DNA of 64,000 bases from Podarcis tiliguerta (lineage: Eukaryota), in NCBI GenBank assembly GCA_965153285.1, contig OZ229116.1; one strand, written 5' to 3'. Each line of letters begins with the position of its first letter. Position 1 is the first letter of the stretch. Shown here one piece after another: positions 1-12,100 of the stretch. The notes beneath the pieces are model-generated. The model ran no database searches and was not told the DNA's origin. It worked only from the letters and a program-made list of their open reading frames with translations. The position numbers and the translations under genes are program-made.

Positions 1-954
1 TCAAGATCCCTAGATGACACTGAGGATATATAACTGAATAACCACAGAAATTACAAAGGTGGATAAGATCACCATATTACCAGGGAAAATTCCATAAACA
101 ACATATGCACCAAGGGAAACCAGGAAGTGAGAAACTACTGCGAGCCATTGGAATCTGAGTCTCATTTTGTAAACATTTTGTATATGGGTGCGAGTACGTA
201 TTATTATTTTACTCTATATTATACAGGTATTCAAAACATATGCCTGTATAAGTTGCTGCTTTCCTCTATAAAACAGTGACTTGCAAGTATTTTGAAGAGG
301 AAAAATATGCATATTGTATCTCTAGTGGCATTATATTTCTTGTACTTGAGTTTAGAAAACAGAAGCAAGCTAGGCTACGTATATGCATCAGTTAGTATCT
401 CCCGATTGTCATTTACCTTTTGATCTCCATCTGTGAAAATAAAAATGTTTAAAAGTTTGATAGGGATTAAGGTCTAGGCATGTGCTGTTAAACACTTTTT
501 AATATACCTTTATCTGTGAGCAATTAATTAAGTATTGGTTTTAGCCCAAGAAAAAATAAATGCCCAACAAATAATCATTTCCCTGTGTATAATCTATAGT
601 AATGTCTAGTACACAAAGAGGGAAATTTTGTGCTATAATTGTAATGTTGTGGTATGCTGCTTCTGTGCATGTACAGTGAGATGGAGAGACAAAAAGCAAC
701 AGGGCAGTACTGATCCCTATAAGATACCTATGGGGAAGAATATTGAATTTTCTCTGTCCAGCTGATATGATTCTCTTTAAGCCAGTGAATCCATCCATTA
801 GCGGAAGTGGGATTCTCTGTCTGCAGTGCTGCAATCTTCTCTGAAGGCTTGAGGGACCCTTTGTTGTAGTCTCCCCTTTCCACTGACATATGCCTCTTCA
901 AAAGCCCTTCCATCTCCTGAGAGACACCATTAGATATAACCAATTACATACATA

Positions 955-1150
955 ATTTTATTTGTATGCCGCCTTTCCACAGTTCAAACCATGCTCAAGG
1001 TGGCTTACGGCATGGAAAAAATACATAGCTACAACAAAACAAATGTAGTCATAAACCACATTAAACATCAAAAAATACAAAGACATACTGAATAATTTAC
1101 ACATAAATCACAAAAAATCTAAAATAAATATGCAAAAAAACCAACAGCTC
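955..1150 (-). mobile_element. Degenerate LINE (L2-type) 3' tail fragment
   Basis: ttttatttgtatgccgcctttcc...ctcaaggtggcttac followed by an A-rich tract; same layout as the L2 3' end at 11355. Confidence 0.4.
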
Positions 1151-1953
1151 TCCAACATCTGTAATAATACCCAAGTCCCAATTAACCAATTAGCCTTATT
1201 GCTGAAGGTATTAGTGGCATTTTGATACATGGATATTTCAAAATTATCTGTTCTAGGATCTTTTTTCAATCAATGCATATGTTTATGCTCAGAAGCCACA
1301 AATGGATATTCACAGCTTTGAAGGTACCTTTACACGGGTAAGCAAGAATTGTTACTATATCACTTTGTCCCAAGTATGTAATATAATAAAAGAAAATGAT
1401 ATTTAATACAAGTTAGCTCTGAAATTCTTGAACTGTATTTTACTAAGTGTTTTCAAGAAAGAGAATGACCAGTTAAGGTGCTATTCCACACTTCTCAGAA
1501 GGAATTTATCAATCATAGAGATGAGGATTATGCAATGTACCACCTAGAAATCAATACAGAGTGACATTTGCAAGTCCAGAGTTGTTTAGAACTTTATATG
1601 TAAGCAAAAAGATCTTTAAATTGGCTTGGTGACTAATAGGCAGTCTGCTAAGGTGGCTAATAGGCACTGCTAAGATATCTTAGCAGTGATGTGATATGGA
1701 TCCAGTGAAGAAAACCAGTTATCACCACTCATCACAGCATTCTCCAAATTCGGGTCTAAACATGAGTTCACAATGGCCAAGCTATTTCTGTCCAGGAAAG
1801 GGAACAATTACTGAATTTATATCCTGCCCTTCCTACCAAAGGAGCCCAGAGCAGGAAGTGTACATACCATCCAAAGCGGCTGGTAGGCACCCTTTACCGC
1901 AGAGGTCCTCCATGGACAAAGATGGCTCCAAAAGCACTTCTAAACATCCTCAA

Positions 1954-2337
1954 GGGGCACGGGTGGCACTGTGGCCTAAACCACTGACCCTTTTGGGCTT
2001 GCTGATCGGAAGGTCGGCTGTTCGAATCTGTGCAACAGGGTGAAGCTCCCGTTGTTCTGTCCCAGCTTCTGCCAACCTAGTAGTTTAAAAGCACGCCAGT
2101 GCAAGCAGATAAATAGGTATCACTGTGGTGGGAAGGTAAACACAGTTTCTGTGCTCTCTGGCACTCGTCACAGTTCTCCATGAGCCAGAAGCGGCTTAGT
2201 CATGCAGGTCACACGACCCGGGAAGCTGTCTGTGGACAAACGCCGGCTCCCTCGGCCCGAAGCGAGATGAGCGCTGCACCCCATAGTCGCCTTTGACTGG
2301 ACTTAACTGTCTAGGGGTCCTTTACCTTTACTTTACC
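1954..2337 (+). mobile_element. Sauria SINE, full length
   Basis: tRNA-like head (GGTGGCACTGTGG...GTTCGAATC), core aagcggcttagtcatgc, (ACCTTT)n tail; homologous to the copies at 10829 and 42901. Confidence 0.9.
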
Positions 2338-2430
2338 CTAAACTGCTGACTAATGTCCCATTACCTCTGTGTCATTCTGGGACTTTGGCCCAAGTGAGCA
2401 CGGGCGCTGTTGCTCCAGGCTCTATTTTGA

Positions 2431-2495
2431 GTTTTTCGCAAGGCATCCATGTATTGGTTTAGTGTTTTTCGCAAGGCATCCATGTATTGGTTTAG
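2431..2495. repeat. 33-bp tandem duplication
   Basis: gtttttcgcaaggcatccatgtattggtttag at 2431 and 2464. Confidence 0.9.
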
Positions 2496-3032
2496 AGTTG
2501 CAGGTACTGGGACAGGTAATCCATGGGTGGAGATGAGAGAAGACTGAAGGAGGAGCTTTTTGTTGAGCATTATTCCCATTGCTCTCTGCCCTCTAGGCAA
2601 GTGGTGGGGTTTTCTGCCACCATGGGCCCCTTTTTAGTAAGGAGGATATATAATGATTCATTCAAACCCCTCCCTGCCAACAGATGCTGTGGTTTGGATT
2701 GCTCTGTCCATCCTAGTGAAATTCACTTGATTCACATCAGTGAGATGAAATTGTTTTAAGTTAACCACTTAATTAAATTCTAGATGCAATATGTACCGGT
2801 AATTCTAAACAAGTTTGTATATTGTGAAAAAAAAGATTTATGATAATTTTCTCACAATTTTATCTGACGTTTATTACTATATTAAAATCCTAATGATCTT
2901 TAAATGTTAGTCCATTATGAATGTGTGTGTATACAATATTGTTAGAGGCAATATTTTCCCATACATGCATGTATGTATGATTATACAGTATTATTGAAAA
3001 ATAGTTTTACAAGTTGGCTTTGTTTTTAACAG

Positions 3033-3108
3033 GAAGACAGTGACCCAACAGTTCATGAAAGCCTAAGCATAGAAAATACATTATGGGCAAGCACAGTTGT
3101 TGCCTCAG
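3033..3108 (+). CDS. ATP9B: ATP9B exon ([26 protein letters not shown])
   Basis: tttttaacAG acceptor, GTAAAC donor, 76 nt, phase 0 to 1. Confidence 0.95.
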
Positions 3109-6100
3109 GTAAACAATGCATTCTTTATTGATGTGGAGAGAGAGTGGGAGAGACAACTAGAAAGCAGGGGAAAATAGGCATTCAGACTTTATGCTATTTC
3201 ACATATGAAATTATGTGTGTGGTGACCTGGAATGCAATGCACGTGTAAGTGGGGTGGGCACTGTATGGCCTAGTGGAGAGTTCAAAAATTCTTACCTGAA
3301 GTCACTCCATACTACAGTGGTGCCTCGCAAGACGAAAAGAATCCGTTCCGCGAGTCTCTTTGTCTTGCGGTTTTTTTCGTCTTGCGAAGCAAGCCCATTA
3401 GCGGATTAGCGCTATTAGCGGTTTAGCGGCTATTAGCGGCTATTAAAGGCTTAAGGGATTAGCGGATTAGCTGCTAAAAGGCTATTAGCGGCTATTAAAG
3501 GCTTAAGGGATTAGCGGATTAGCTGCTAAAAGGCTATTAGCGGCTATTAAAGGCTTAAGGGATTAGCGGATTAGCTGCTAAAAGGCTATTAGCGTCAGAT
3601 CAGCTGATAAGCGGCTTAGATCAGCTGTTAAACGGCTTAGCGAACAGCTGTTAAGCGGCTTAGGGGCTTAGGAAAAAGGGGGGAGGGGAAAAAACCCCCA
3701 GGAATCGCAAGACATTTTCATCTTGCGAAGCAAGCCCATAGCAAATTCGTTTTGCGAAGCACCTCCAAAACGGAAAACCCTTTCGTCTAGCGGGTTTTCC
3801 GTCTTGCGAGGCATTCGTCTTGCGGGGCACCACTGTATTAACTACCCTCAAATAGCTGTTATGTTAGATACACAAGGGTTCTCAAATGACCAGAGAGGGG
3901 TGGGGAGAGAGTTTACATAGGCAGATAAAATATGTGAACGAGCCCACAATATTTTATTGTAGTAGTTTTCTACATCAACAATACTAAGAAGAAAGTTTGT
4001 ATTTTTGTGATAGCTGCATGAATAATTATATTACCATTTTTTAACATCCCCCCCAAATGATAAAGTTTTCCTATAAACTGTTTTCTTTGTTTTATTTATT
4101 GCAGGAACAGTAATTGGTGTTGTTATTTATACCGGAAAAGAGACTCGGAGTGTAATGAACACCTCCAATCCAAAGAATAAGGTAAGCTGGTTTGATTAGA
4201 AAGAGTGCTGGACTAAATGCCTTTAAAATTCTGAACAGCTTTACCTTTCCTATGTATTTGTTTCTCATGCTAAAGAGAGGATTAAATTCATATATTATGA
4301 TTCTCCACCAATTCAGCCAGTACAACTGATTACTTGTCCTAAATTCTGCTTATTGTACTTATTTCTATTGAAAATAGTTTCCCATCTGTGCTTTACAGTA
4401 CAGTACTAGATTAGCTTTTCCAGCAATGGAACATGCTTCCATTTCATCATTTTGGTATTTCATTAGTCAGTTTTTAAATTACTTCTTGTTACTCATAATT
4501 ATTTTGGGCATTGCATAAAGGTGGCATGCTTAAAACCTGGGGAATGTATATCATTATGTGTGTGGTGAAAATTCAGATAAAGGGTGATCTCTAACTAAGA
4601 CTTACTCAGTGTAGACTCACTGAAATTAATGGTCTTAATTTCATTGGCTTCAATGGGTCTGGCATTGAGTGTGACTAACATTGGATTTCATCCAAATGGT
4701 ATTCAGTTATGGCCTTTATTGCAGTGTTTCTCAAGTTGGAGTGGGTCTCTGAAGGGCGACATAGGACATCACGAGTAAATGACTTACTAGCGTAAAATAA
4801 ACAAGCCTTGCAGGTCTCAGTTGAGATGTGGACCCATTAGAAGTAGTGAGGAAAGGTGTAAGGTCCAAACAGTGGGGAAGAAGCATTGCTGAGGTTATAA
4901 GATGCTGTTCAGTTATGATTAGTGTGGTGCTTAATTTATTTGAGGTTGGCTTTTGTGTTTGAAAATTGTTGTTTCGGGGAAACATTTCGAGCATCCGTGA
5001 AATGCACTTGCTCGTAGAGCGAGTTTTCTCAGTTTTCTCATTAGCTCCCTCCCGCCCATTTTTTTGTTTTCAGTTGAGAAGATTTCTTTCTAAATTCGTC
5101 TCATCAATGATTACACAGGTTTTGGTATTCTAGATAGTGGTATTTTGTCAGTTCTAGGCCTTGGGGGGGGGGGATAAATTATCAGTGCTAAGTCCATGAC
5201 TAGAATCTAATCATATTTCAGTCTGGCTTATTGCTTGCGTTTAGCACTGAAACTGACTTGCCTCTCTCTGGTAGACCTAAGTGAGTGCAAACTGTTGTTT
5301 CCTCCTAGACCTCTTAGCTCTTTAATACCATTAATTTTTCTGGTGTCCAAGTCCCTACTAATTTTGGTGGTAATAAAAAAAGGATAAAAAGTTAAAGTGG
5401 GTGCAATGCTGGCCTAGGAGGTACAAATTGCCCCTTATTCAATTATCAGATCAGTAACCTTGTTTAGCGCATCTGCTGAAGGGGTGGGGGTGGGGCTGTT
5501 TTGGTGTGCACATGTGGATTTGTTGGATGGCCACACCCACTGCTGGCATGCAGTCCCCAGAGGATTGGCCAAGGGTGAATTGGCCAAAATATGTCATCCA
5601 TCCCTGTATTAAAGTCCTAAATGTCTTGGAGCCAGGGTACCAAAAATACCACCTTATCCTGCATCAACCTGCCTGTCGTGTTAAGATTTGCTTTTCAGAT
5701 TCATTAATTCATTCATTCTTTCATAATTAATTAATTAATTAATTTTGTATCCTGCCTGGTCGGAGGAGGGAAATTACAGTCAAAACTATGCAGATAGCTG
5801 CTAATCCCAGGTAATAATCTTTCTAAGGACCATTAAAAAGACATTTCAGCTATCATGAGCTGAAACTTGAGATTGCCTTTTATAAATTGAACCTTTATTT
5901 CGTAGGAAGATAGTTATATCAAAAGAAGGAAGGAATGAAGGGGAACAAAACCCTTGGTCTTAAAAAATCAATTGTGACAGGTTGCCATTTTCATGCCATT
6001 CATAATAATAAGTTACTTAAGAGTCAGAACATAAAGAAGGAAATGATAATACAAATTGCCTAGGGTAGTTATTGCAATCCCTTGAGTGTATTGATTTGTG

Positions 6101-9100
6101 TTTCTAATAAAAAGATGCTTTTAAATGTGTCATTGACAAAAAGACAGGTGATATGTGCCATTATGTGAATTAGAGTGCCCTATTATTATTTTAATCTGTG
6201 TAACTGCATTTTAAAATAGCACAAAACACAATCAGCACATCTATGGTGTGCACAATTATTTTCCCTCTGATGCATTGAGGTGAAATTAAAACTTCTTCCA
6301 GAAACAATAAATTCTAGGTCAAAAGTAATTCATTTTTCAAGTCTTCTCACACATTGAAGTGGATAAACAATAGGATAATCTATAACCAAAAGGCATTATC
6401 TGTTATACCATGCAATTTTATCAATAGCTGACTCTTTGGGATCTGTAACATTCTGCACTAAATCCTTATTTATAATTGTGCTTTCATAAAAGAAATCTGC
6501 ACGGTGAAGAGAATAAGGAAGCTAGGGTCGTATGGGTTAAAAAGGGTTGTTGCTTTGTAATTTAACAGCTATTCTAAAAATAATTTTCAAGTGTTGCTAC
6601 AGAGTGCCATCAAGAAAGGATTAAATGGAACAAACAAACAAGTAAATTAGTAGCACATAGACAAGTTGTGATACAGCTTTTAGGATTATGACAACACACG
6701 CCCCGCCTTCATTTACATAATCAGCATACTTTGATATTACATCTGTTAACAATTAAAAGTTGTGTTTCTTCAGCTGAAATGTGAACATAAATAAACTTAT
6801 AATTTCAGGCAGCAGTAAAGAGGCAAAATGTTAAATGCTGAAAAAACAATCATAATTAGAACAGCTGGGATGCATCATAGTTTTAGGGGAAAAGTTTAAA
6901 CCGGTTCTTAAAAATGTGTGGTTTTCGCATTCTCATAGAAAAAAACAGGTAACATCAAGCTTTTACTGGGTATGTATACAGTGGTACCTCGGGTTAAGAA
7001 CTTAATTCGTTCTGGAGGTCTGTTCTTAACCTGAAACTGTTCTTAACCTGAAGCACCACTTTAGCTAATGGGGCCTCCTGCTGTTGCTGCGCCACCGGAG
7101 CAGGATTTCTGTTCTCATCCTGAAGCAAAGTTCTTAACCCAAGGTAATATTTTTGGGTTAGCAGAGCCTGTAGCCTGAAGCGTATGTAACCTGAAGCATA
7201 TGTAGGTACCACTGTATATAAAATGTATAAAGCAGTATGATTATTTAATTCATTCTCACTTCATTTCTGCAGTTTCTTATTAGTGTGAAAACTCCACTAT
7301 CCAGGTAGAAGTCTTTCATTTCTTCTTTTCTTCTTTCACTTTGAAGGGAGAGAAATGATGTCCCCAAATGAGAATGCACAAGTTGTCCCTCTTGCGATGC
7401 TGGGATTGGAATCCCCATCTTCAGGGGGATGAGGCCAGGGATTTGGCATATAACAGGGATGTGCATACTAAACGAGAAGCAAGAGGGGGCCAGTTGTGCT
7501 GCTACCTCTCCAGCCTAAGGAAGTCAAAGTGGCCTGCTCTGACTTCTGCTCAGAAGCCCTAGTGGATCCATAGGGAGGAATTCAAAGCCACACTACATTA
7601 AATATTTTGATCAGCACAAGCTATTCAGTTTGCCAGATGGAACTATTCTCCTTCTTCCCCTGTGTACTGCTTCAGGGTTTTCTCAACCTCCACGAGGCAG
7701 TTTCGAGGGAAAGTCCTTGCACAGAGCTTCTGCTGATGGGATTTGTTAGGTGAGTCCTACCCATAGTGTCTGTCAGAGACTGTGCTATGCCATCTGAGTC
7801 AACGACTCCTAAAGTGTGCTGGGCACCTATAATAGAAAGGGCTCCTCTCATGGAAGGCGAAGCTGGGTGCTGCACCTCCTATCTAAGGCTAAAACAGCAT
7901 TTAGGTTCTGTACTACAGCTCTTTCCTCCTATACCTCAGTTATGGAGTATTCAGCCTGAGCTCTGCATGGAGCTGTCCAGGATGCTGTAGAGTCTTGCCT
8001 GACCTCCATACAGCTGAAGCCATCACTCAGAAAAATAATTGGTAAAAATAATTGGTAAAACAGAGATTATTGGTGTGCATAATATCTCTCAGTTACTGTT
8101 CAATATAACCAGTATCAAATAACCACTATAGGTTACATGCAATATTGAAGATTATGGAATTGATCTAGTTAGTAACTTACAAATTTTGTTAGGTCCCTAC
8201 TTAGCAATACTTCTGCAAGCTCTCTGGCTCATGCGAGAGCTGCTGATGGTGAGGAGGCAACAGTAGAAAATTGTCTTGTGCATGCAGAATTGGGTGGGGA
8301 AGATGTAATTCATGTTTTAATCAGTTCCTTAGTAAATTCTGAAAACTCAATGAAGGTATTCATGGGTGTCGTTGAAAATGAATGGTTCTGTCTCTCCTGG
8401 TAGTTATTATGAGTGAATAGTTTTATCTTAAGGCACAGAGATTTACATCTGAGGCTATTGTCAGATGTTTGTTTAGCAGTTTTCATAGAATAATAAAATC
8501 ATAGAATTGTAGAGTTGAAGGGACCACGAGGGTCATCTAGTCTATCCCCCTGCATTGTAGGAATCTTTTGCCCAACGTGTGGCTCAAACCCATGACCCTG
8601 GTATTATGAGTCTCATGATGTACTGAGCTATCCCAGCTCTGATCTGTTTCATCAAGAAGGAATAGTATATGAAATCAGAATCCGTGTTCAGTGGAATTCA
8701 TTTACCTCTTTTATATCTAAATTATTTCTTTTGGCTTTTTGTTCTTTTGCCTAATTTTGGAGTGATGAGTTGTTTTTCTTATTTTCATTATTATATATCT
8801 TATCTTTGTAAGCAAAAGTGTGCTTTAGAAGTGCTGATCAAGAGAATAAATGTGGGGAAAGTGAGTTGCAGTTTCCTGTTATAAATTACTGGTAAAGTTT
8901 TAGGATCTGTTAATAACCAAATCCAGTAATTGAAAGTTGCCAGTTTAAGTTTGCAATATGAATTGGAATTGCTTCAGAAAATGGTACCCAAACTGACAAC
9001 ATGTTTGAAGAATTGTTCCATACATGTTCCTTTTCAGCCCTGTTTACCTAGTCCATCAAACTTATTTCTAGCCTGTTGCATGTGTATGAAAAAAGTTAAC

Positions 9101-12100
9101 TCTAGAAAGCTGTGTTTAATAGCTGATTAATAATGCAGGATTTACATCCTCCTTATACTTCCTGTAGCTTCCTATAGCTTCCTCAAAGTGTTCATTCTTG
9201 AGTCCTATAAGTTTGGATTAAGTAGTATGCACCTATATTTTTCTAAACCCATATAGCCAGTTAACAGGGGCCAGAAACGTCTTCTCTTATTATTGTGGTG
9301 TGAATTGTGACTGTAGTGAGTTATTCTGAATCTGTGTCCCCTAATCACAGTGCAGAGCTTATTTAAAATGTCTATGTTATGGTGTGGAAAAATCAAAGAA
9401 AATTTTCCATAGCACGTTTCAAGTGTAAAACCATCTAAATAAATAATGATTTCATATATAAGTATGCCATTGCTCAATTCCGTACTCATACCTGTGTAAA
9501 CAAGAAGTGTATGGATATCTTATAATTTAGAAAAGCATTTATTTTGTTTTCGTATTTTAATCACCCAGGCGACAATTTTTCTTAACTTTAAGTCAATGCT
9601 TCGTGATTTATTGCACCAATTATAAAAATTGTTTTGTAGCCTAAGGATGTAGACATTGTCGGGAAAATGCAAGGCAAAGCGGAGAATTTTCTAATGAATC
9701 CATTTAATATGCTTTTAATTCAAATGATATGAACATAAGTTTTTGCAAGGTTTCAGTATCAGTCTAAAATGATATATTTGGTTTTAAATTTTAGATTAAT
9801 GTAGATATGGCAACATCAGCATTATTATAGGGTGATGGCTGTGTGGATAAGTTCTCATTTGTAGTCTAATCAGCTTATTATGGGGCGTTATTCCAGTCCT
9901 TAAAATAGCATTGAATTGTGCTCTTCATAATGCATGAATCAGTAATCAATCCTATTTGGATAGATATTTCTTAAAACTTAGTTCATTGGGTAAGATTGGA
10001 ATCTGCCACAGCTAAAGGTCATATATAGCTGTTAATTAGCCTAAAGGGAAATTAACTGAATTAACTGAATAAGGTTGCCTCAGTCAAACAATTCTTCAAC
10101 TGCAAGCCCTGTTTATTTCCCTGTGACATGTGCAGACACAGAGCTTTGATAATTGGGCTGTACGAAATATGTAACCCAATTTTTGTGTTTTGACTAGCAT
10201 TTAGGCACATTCTTCTTCATATAAAATGAATGGTTAATTCACAATTCTTGCCTGCTTAAACTTTGCAATAGTAGATCAAGAATATATTTGAGCTGGAAAG
10301 GTGTTCCTCCGTTTCATAGATTACACCACACAAGAGATACTTACAAAATATTCATTTATGCTTCCTCTTCAACTTTTGTACTTTCTCTTGCATATATTAA
10401 ATGCTGTCATTTTATAAAGGCTACCTTGACATTCTGTCAGCTCCCGCAGTATGCAAGAGCCAGCTAACATTAACATTTTATTTTATGGTTGTGGGTGTAG
10501 TTGCAATTTCTGAAGTGATTAAGGTAACTAGTATAGATATGTTTTTTAAAGTATAAGTAATGAATAATTTCCATGTCTGTAGGAGCTTTTGTGTGAGCCA
10601 GGGATTCCCACACAGTGGGGTTGCTGTTGCCAGCCATTATGTCTTGTTTGCGGACCTAATAAAGCAACATCAAACTTAATATTGAGATTCTGCTCTGACA
10701 AAAATAATACATGGCTTAACATAGCTGTTCTGGGAAGACTTGTGTAAGCAAAAAAAAGTCTTGCAATATGGGCTGGAAACTGAAGATCACCAGCACATGT
10801 GTAATTTCAGGAGGAAGAATACCAGGTAAAAAGGTAACGGTAAAGGGACCCCTGACCATAATGTCCTGTTGTGACCAAATCTGGGGTTGCGGTGCTCATC
10901 TCGCTTTATTGGCTGAGGGAGCTGGCGTACAGCTTCCGGGTCATGTGGCCAGCATGACTAAGCCGCTTCTGGCGAACCAGAGCAGCGCATGGAAACGCCA
11001 TTTACCTTTCCGCCAGAGTGGTACCTATTGATCTACTTGTACTTTGATGTGCTTTTGAACTGCTAGGTTGGCAGAAGCAGAGACCAAGCAACGGGCGTTC
11101 ACCCCGTTGCGGGGATTCGAACCACTAACCTTCTGATTGGCAAGTCCTAGGCTCTGTGGTTTAACCCACAGCGCCACCCGCATCCCTGAATGCCAGGTAC
11201 TACTTTGTTAAATACCCTACTCCATAAAACTGCAGATCAGACCTCAGCAATGTGTAGTACAAGCAGGAGGGCCCCTTCAGATGACCTGAGCAATATTTCT
11301 GCATGAAGTTCTCCAGGTGTTGGCCAGCAAGACCAATGGTTAGAGATAGATTGATTATTTATTTATTTATTTATTACATTTCTAGACTGCCCTTCATCCG
11401 AGGATCACAGGGACAAAATACAAGTATACACCACACAAAAATACATAACATAACAAATAAAAACAATAAGCTCCCACATAGTTTAAAAGGCCACAGATTG
11501 TTAAATTAGCTAGGAAGAAGGCCTGGAAGAAGAGGAATGGTTTTGCCTGGCACATAAAGATATGAAACAAGGGTGCTAGGCCAACTTTCCAGGGGAGAGA
11601 ATTCCACAAGCAGGGAGCCACTGCAGAAAAGGCCCATTCTCATGTTGCCACCCTCTGGATGTCTCATGGGGGAGGCACAGAAAGAAGAGCCTCAAGTGAT
11701 GATCTGAGGGTCTGGATTGGTTCATATTGGGCAAGATGGTCCTTGAGGTATTGCGGTCCTGAGACATTTAAAGCTTAATAGGTCAAAACCAGCACTTTGA
11801 ATTAGCCTCAGAAACGTAATGGGCAACCAGTGCAGTTGGGCCAGGGTTGGTTGCAGAATTCTGCATCAGCTGAAGTTTGTGAACCATCTTCAGAGCCAGC
11901 ACCATGTAGAAAGCGTTGCAGTAATCTAACCTCGAGGTTACCAGAGCATCAATGACAGCCATTGGACTTTCCCTGTCCCGATAGAGTTGCAGCTGGTCCA
12001 CCAGCCAAAGCTGATGGAAGGCACTCCACGCCACTGAGACCACCTGAGCCTCAGGTGACAGCAATGGCTCCAGAAGTAAACCCAAGCTGCATACCCACTC

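Noticed and set aside
3395-3670. Interstitial telomere or CRISPR-like array
   Set aside because: The unit is TTAGCGG-based rather than TTAGGG, has no unique spacers, and lies inside a TIR-bounded element in eukaryotic DNA.
4730-5000. Strand-skewed segment suggesting a NUMT
   Set aside because: The minus-strand translations I tried did not resemble a mitochondrial gene.
8560-11187. tRNA genes (A/B-box-like sequence at about 8560-8637 and 11100-11187)
   Set aside because: These are SINE heads continuous with SINE bodies and tails; no intact cloverleaf.
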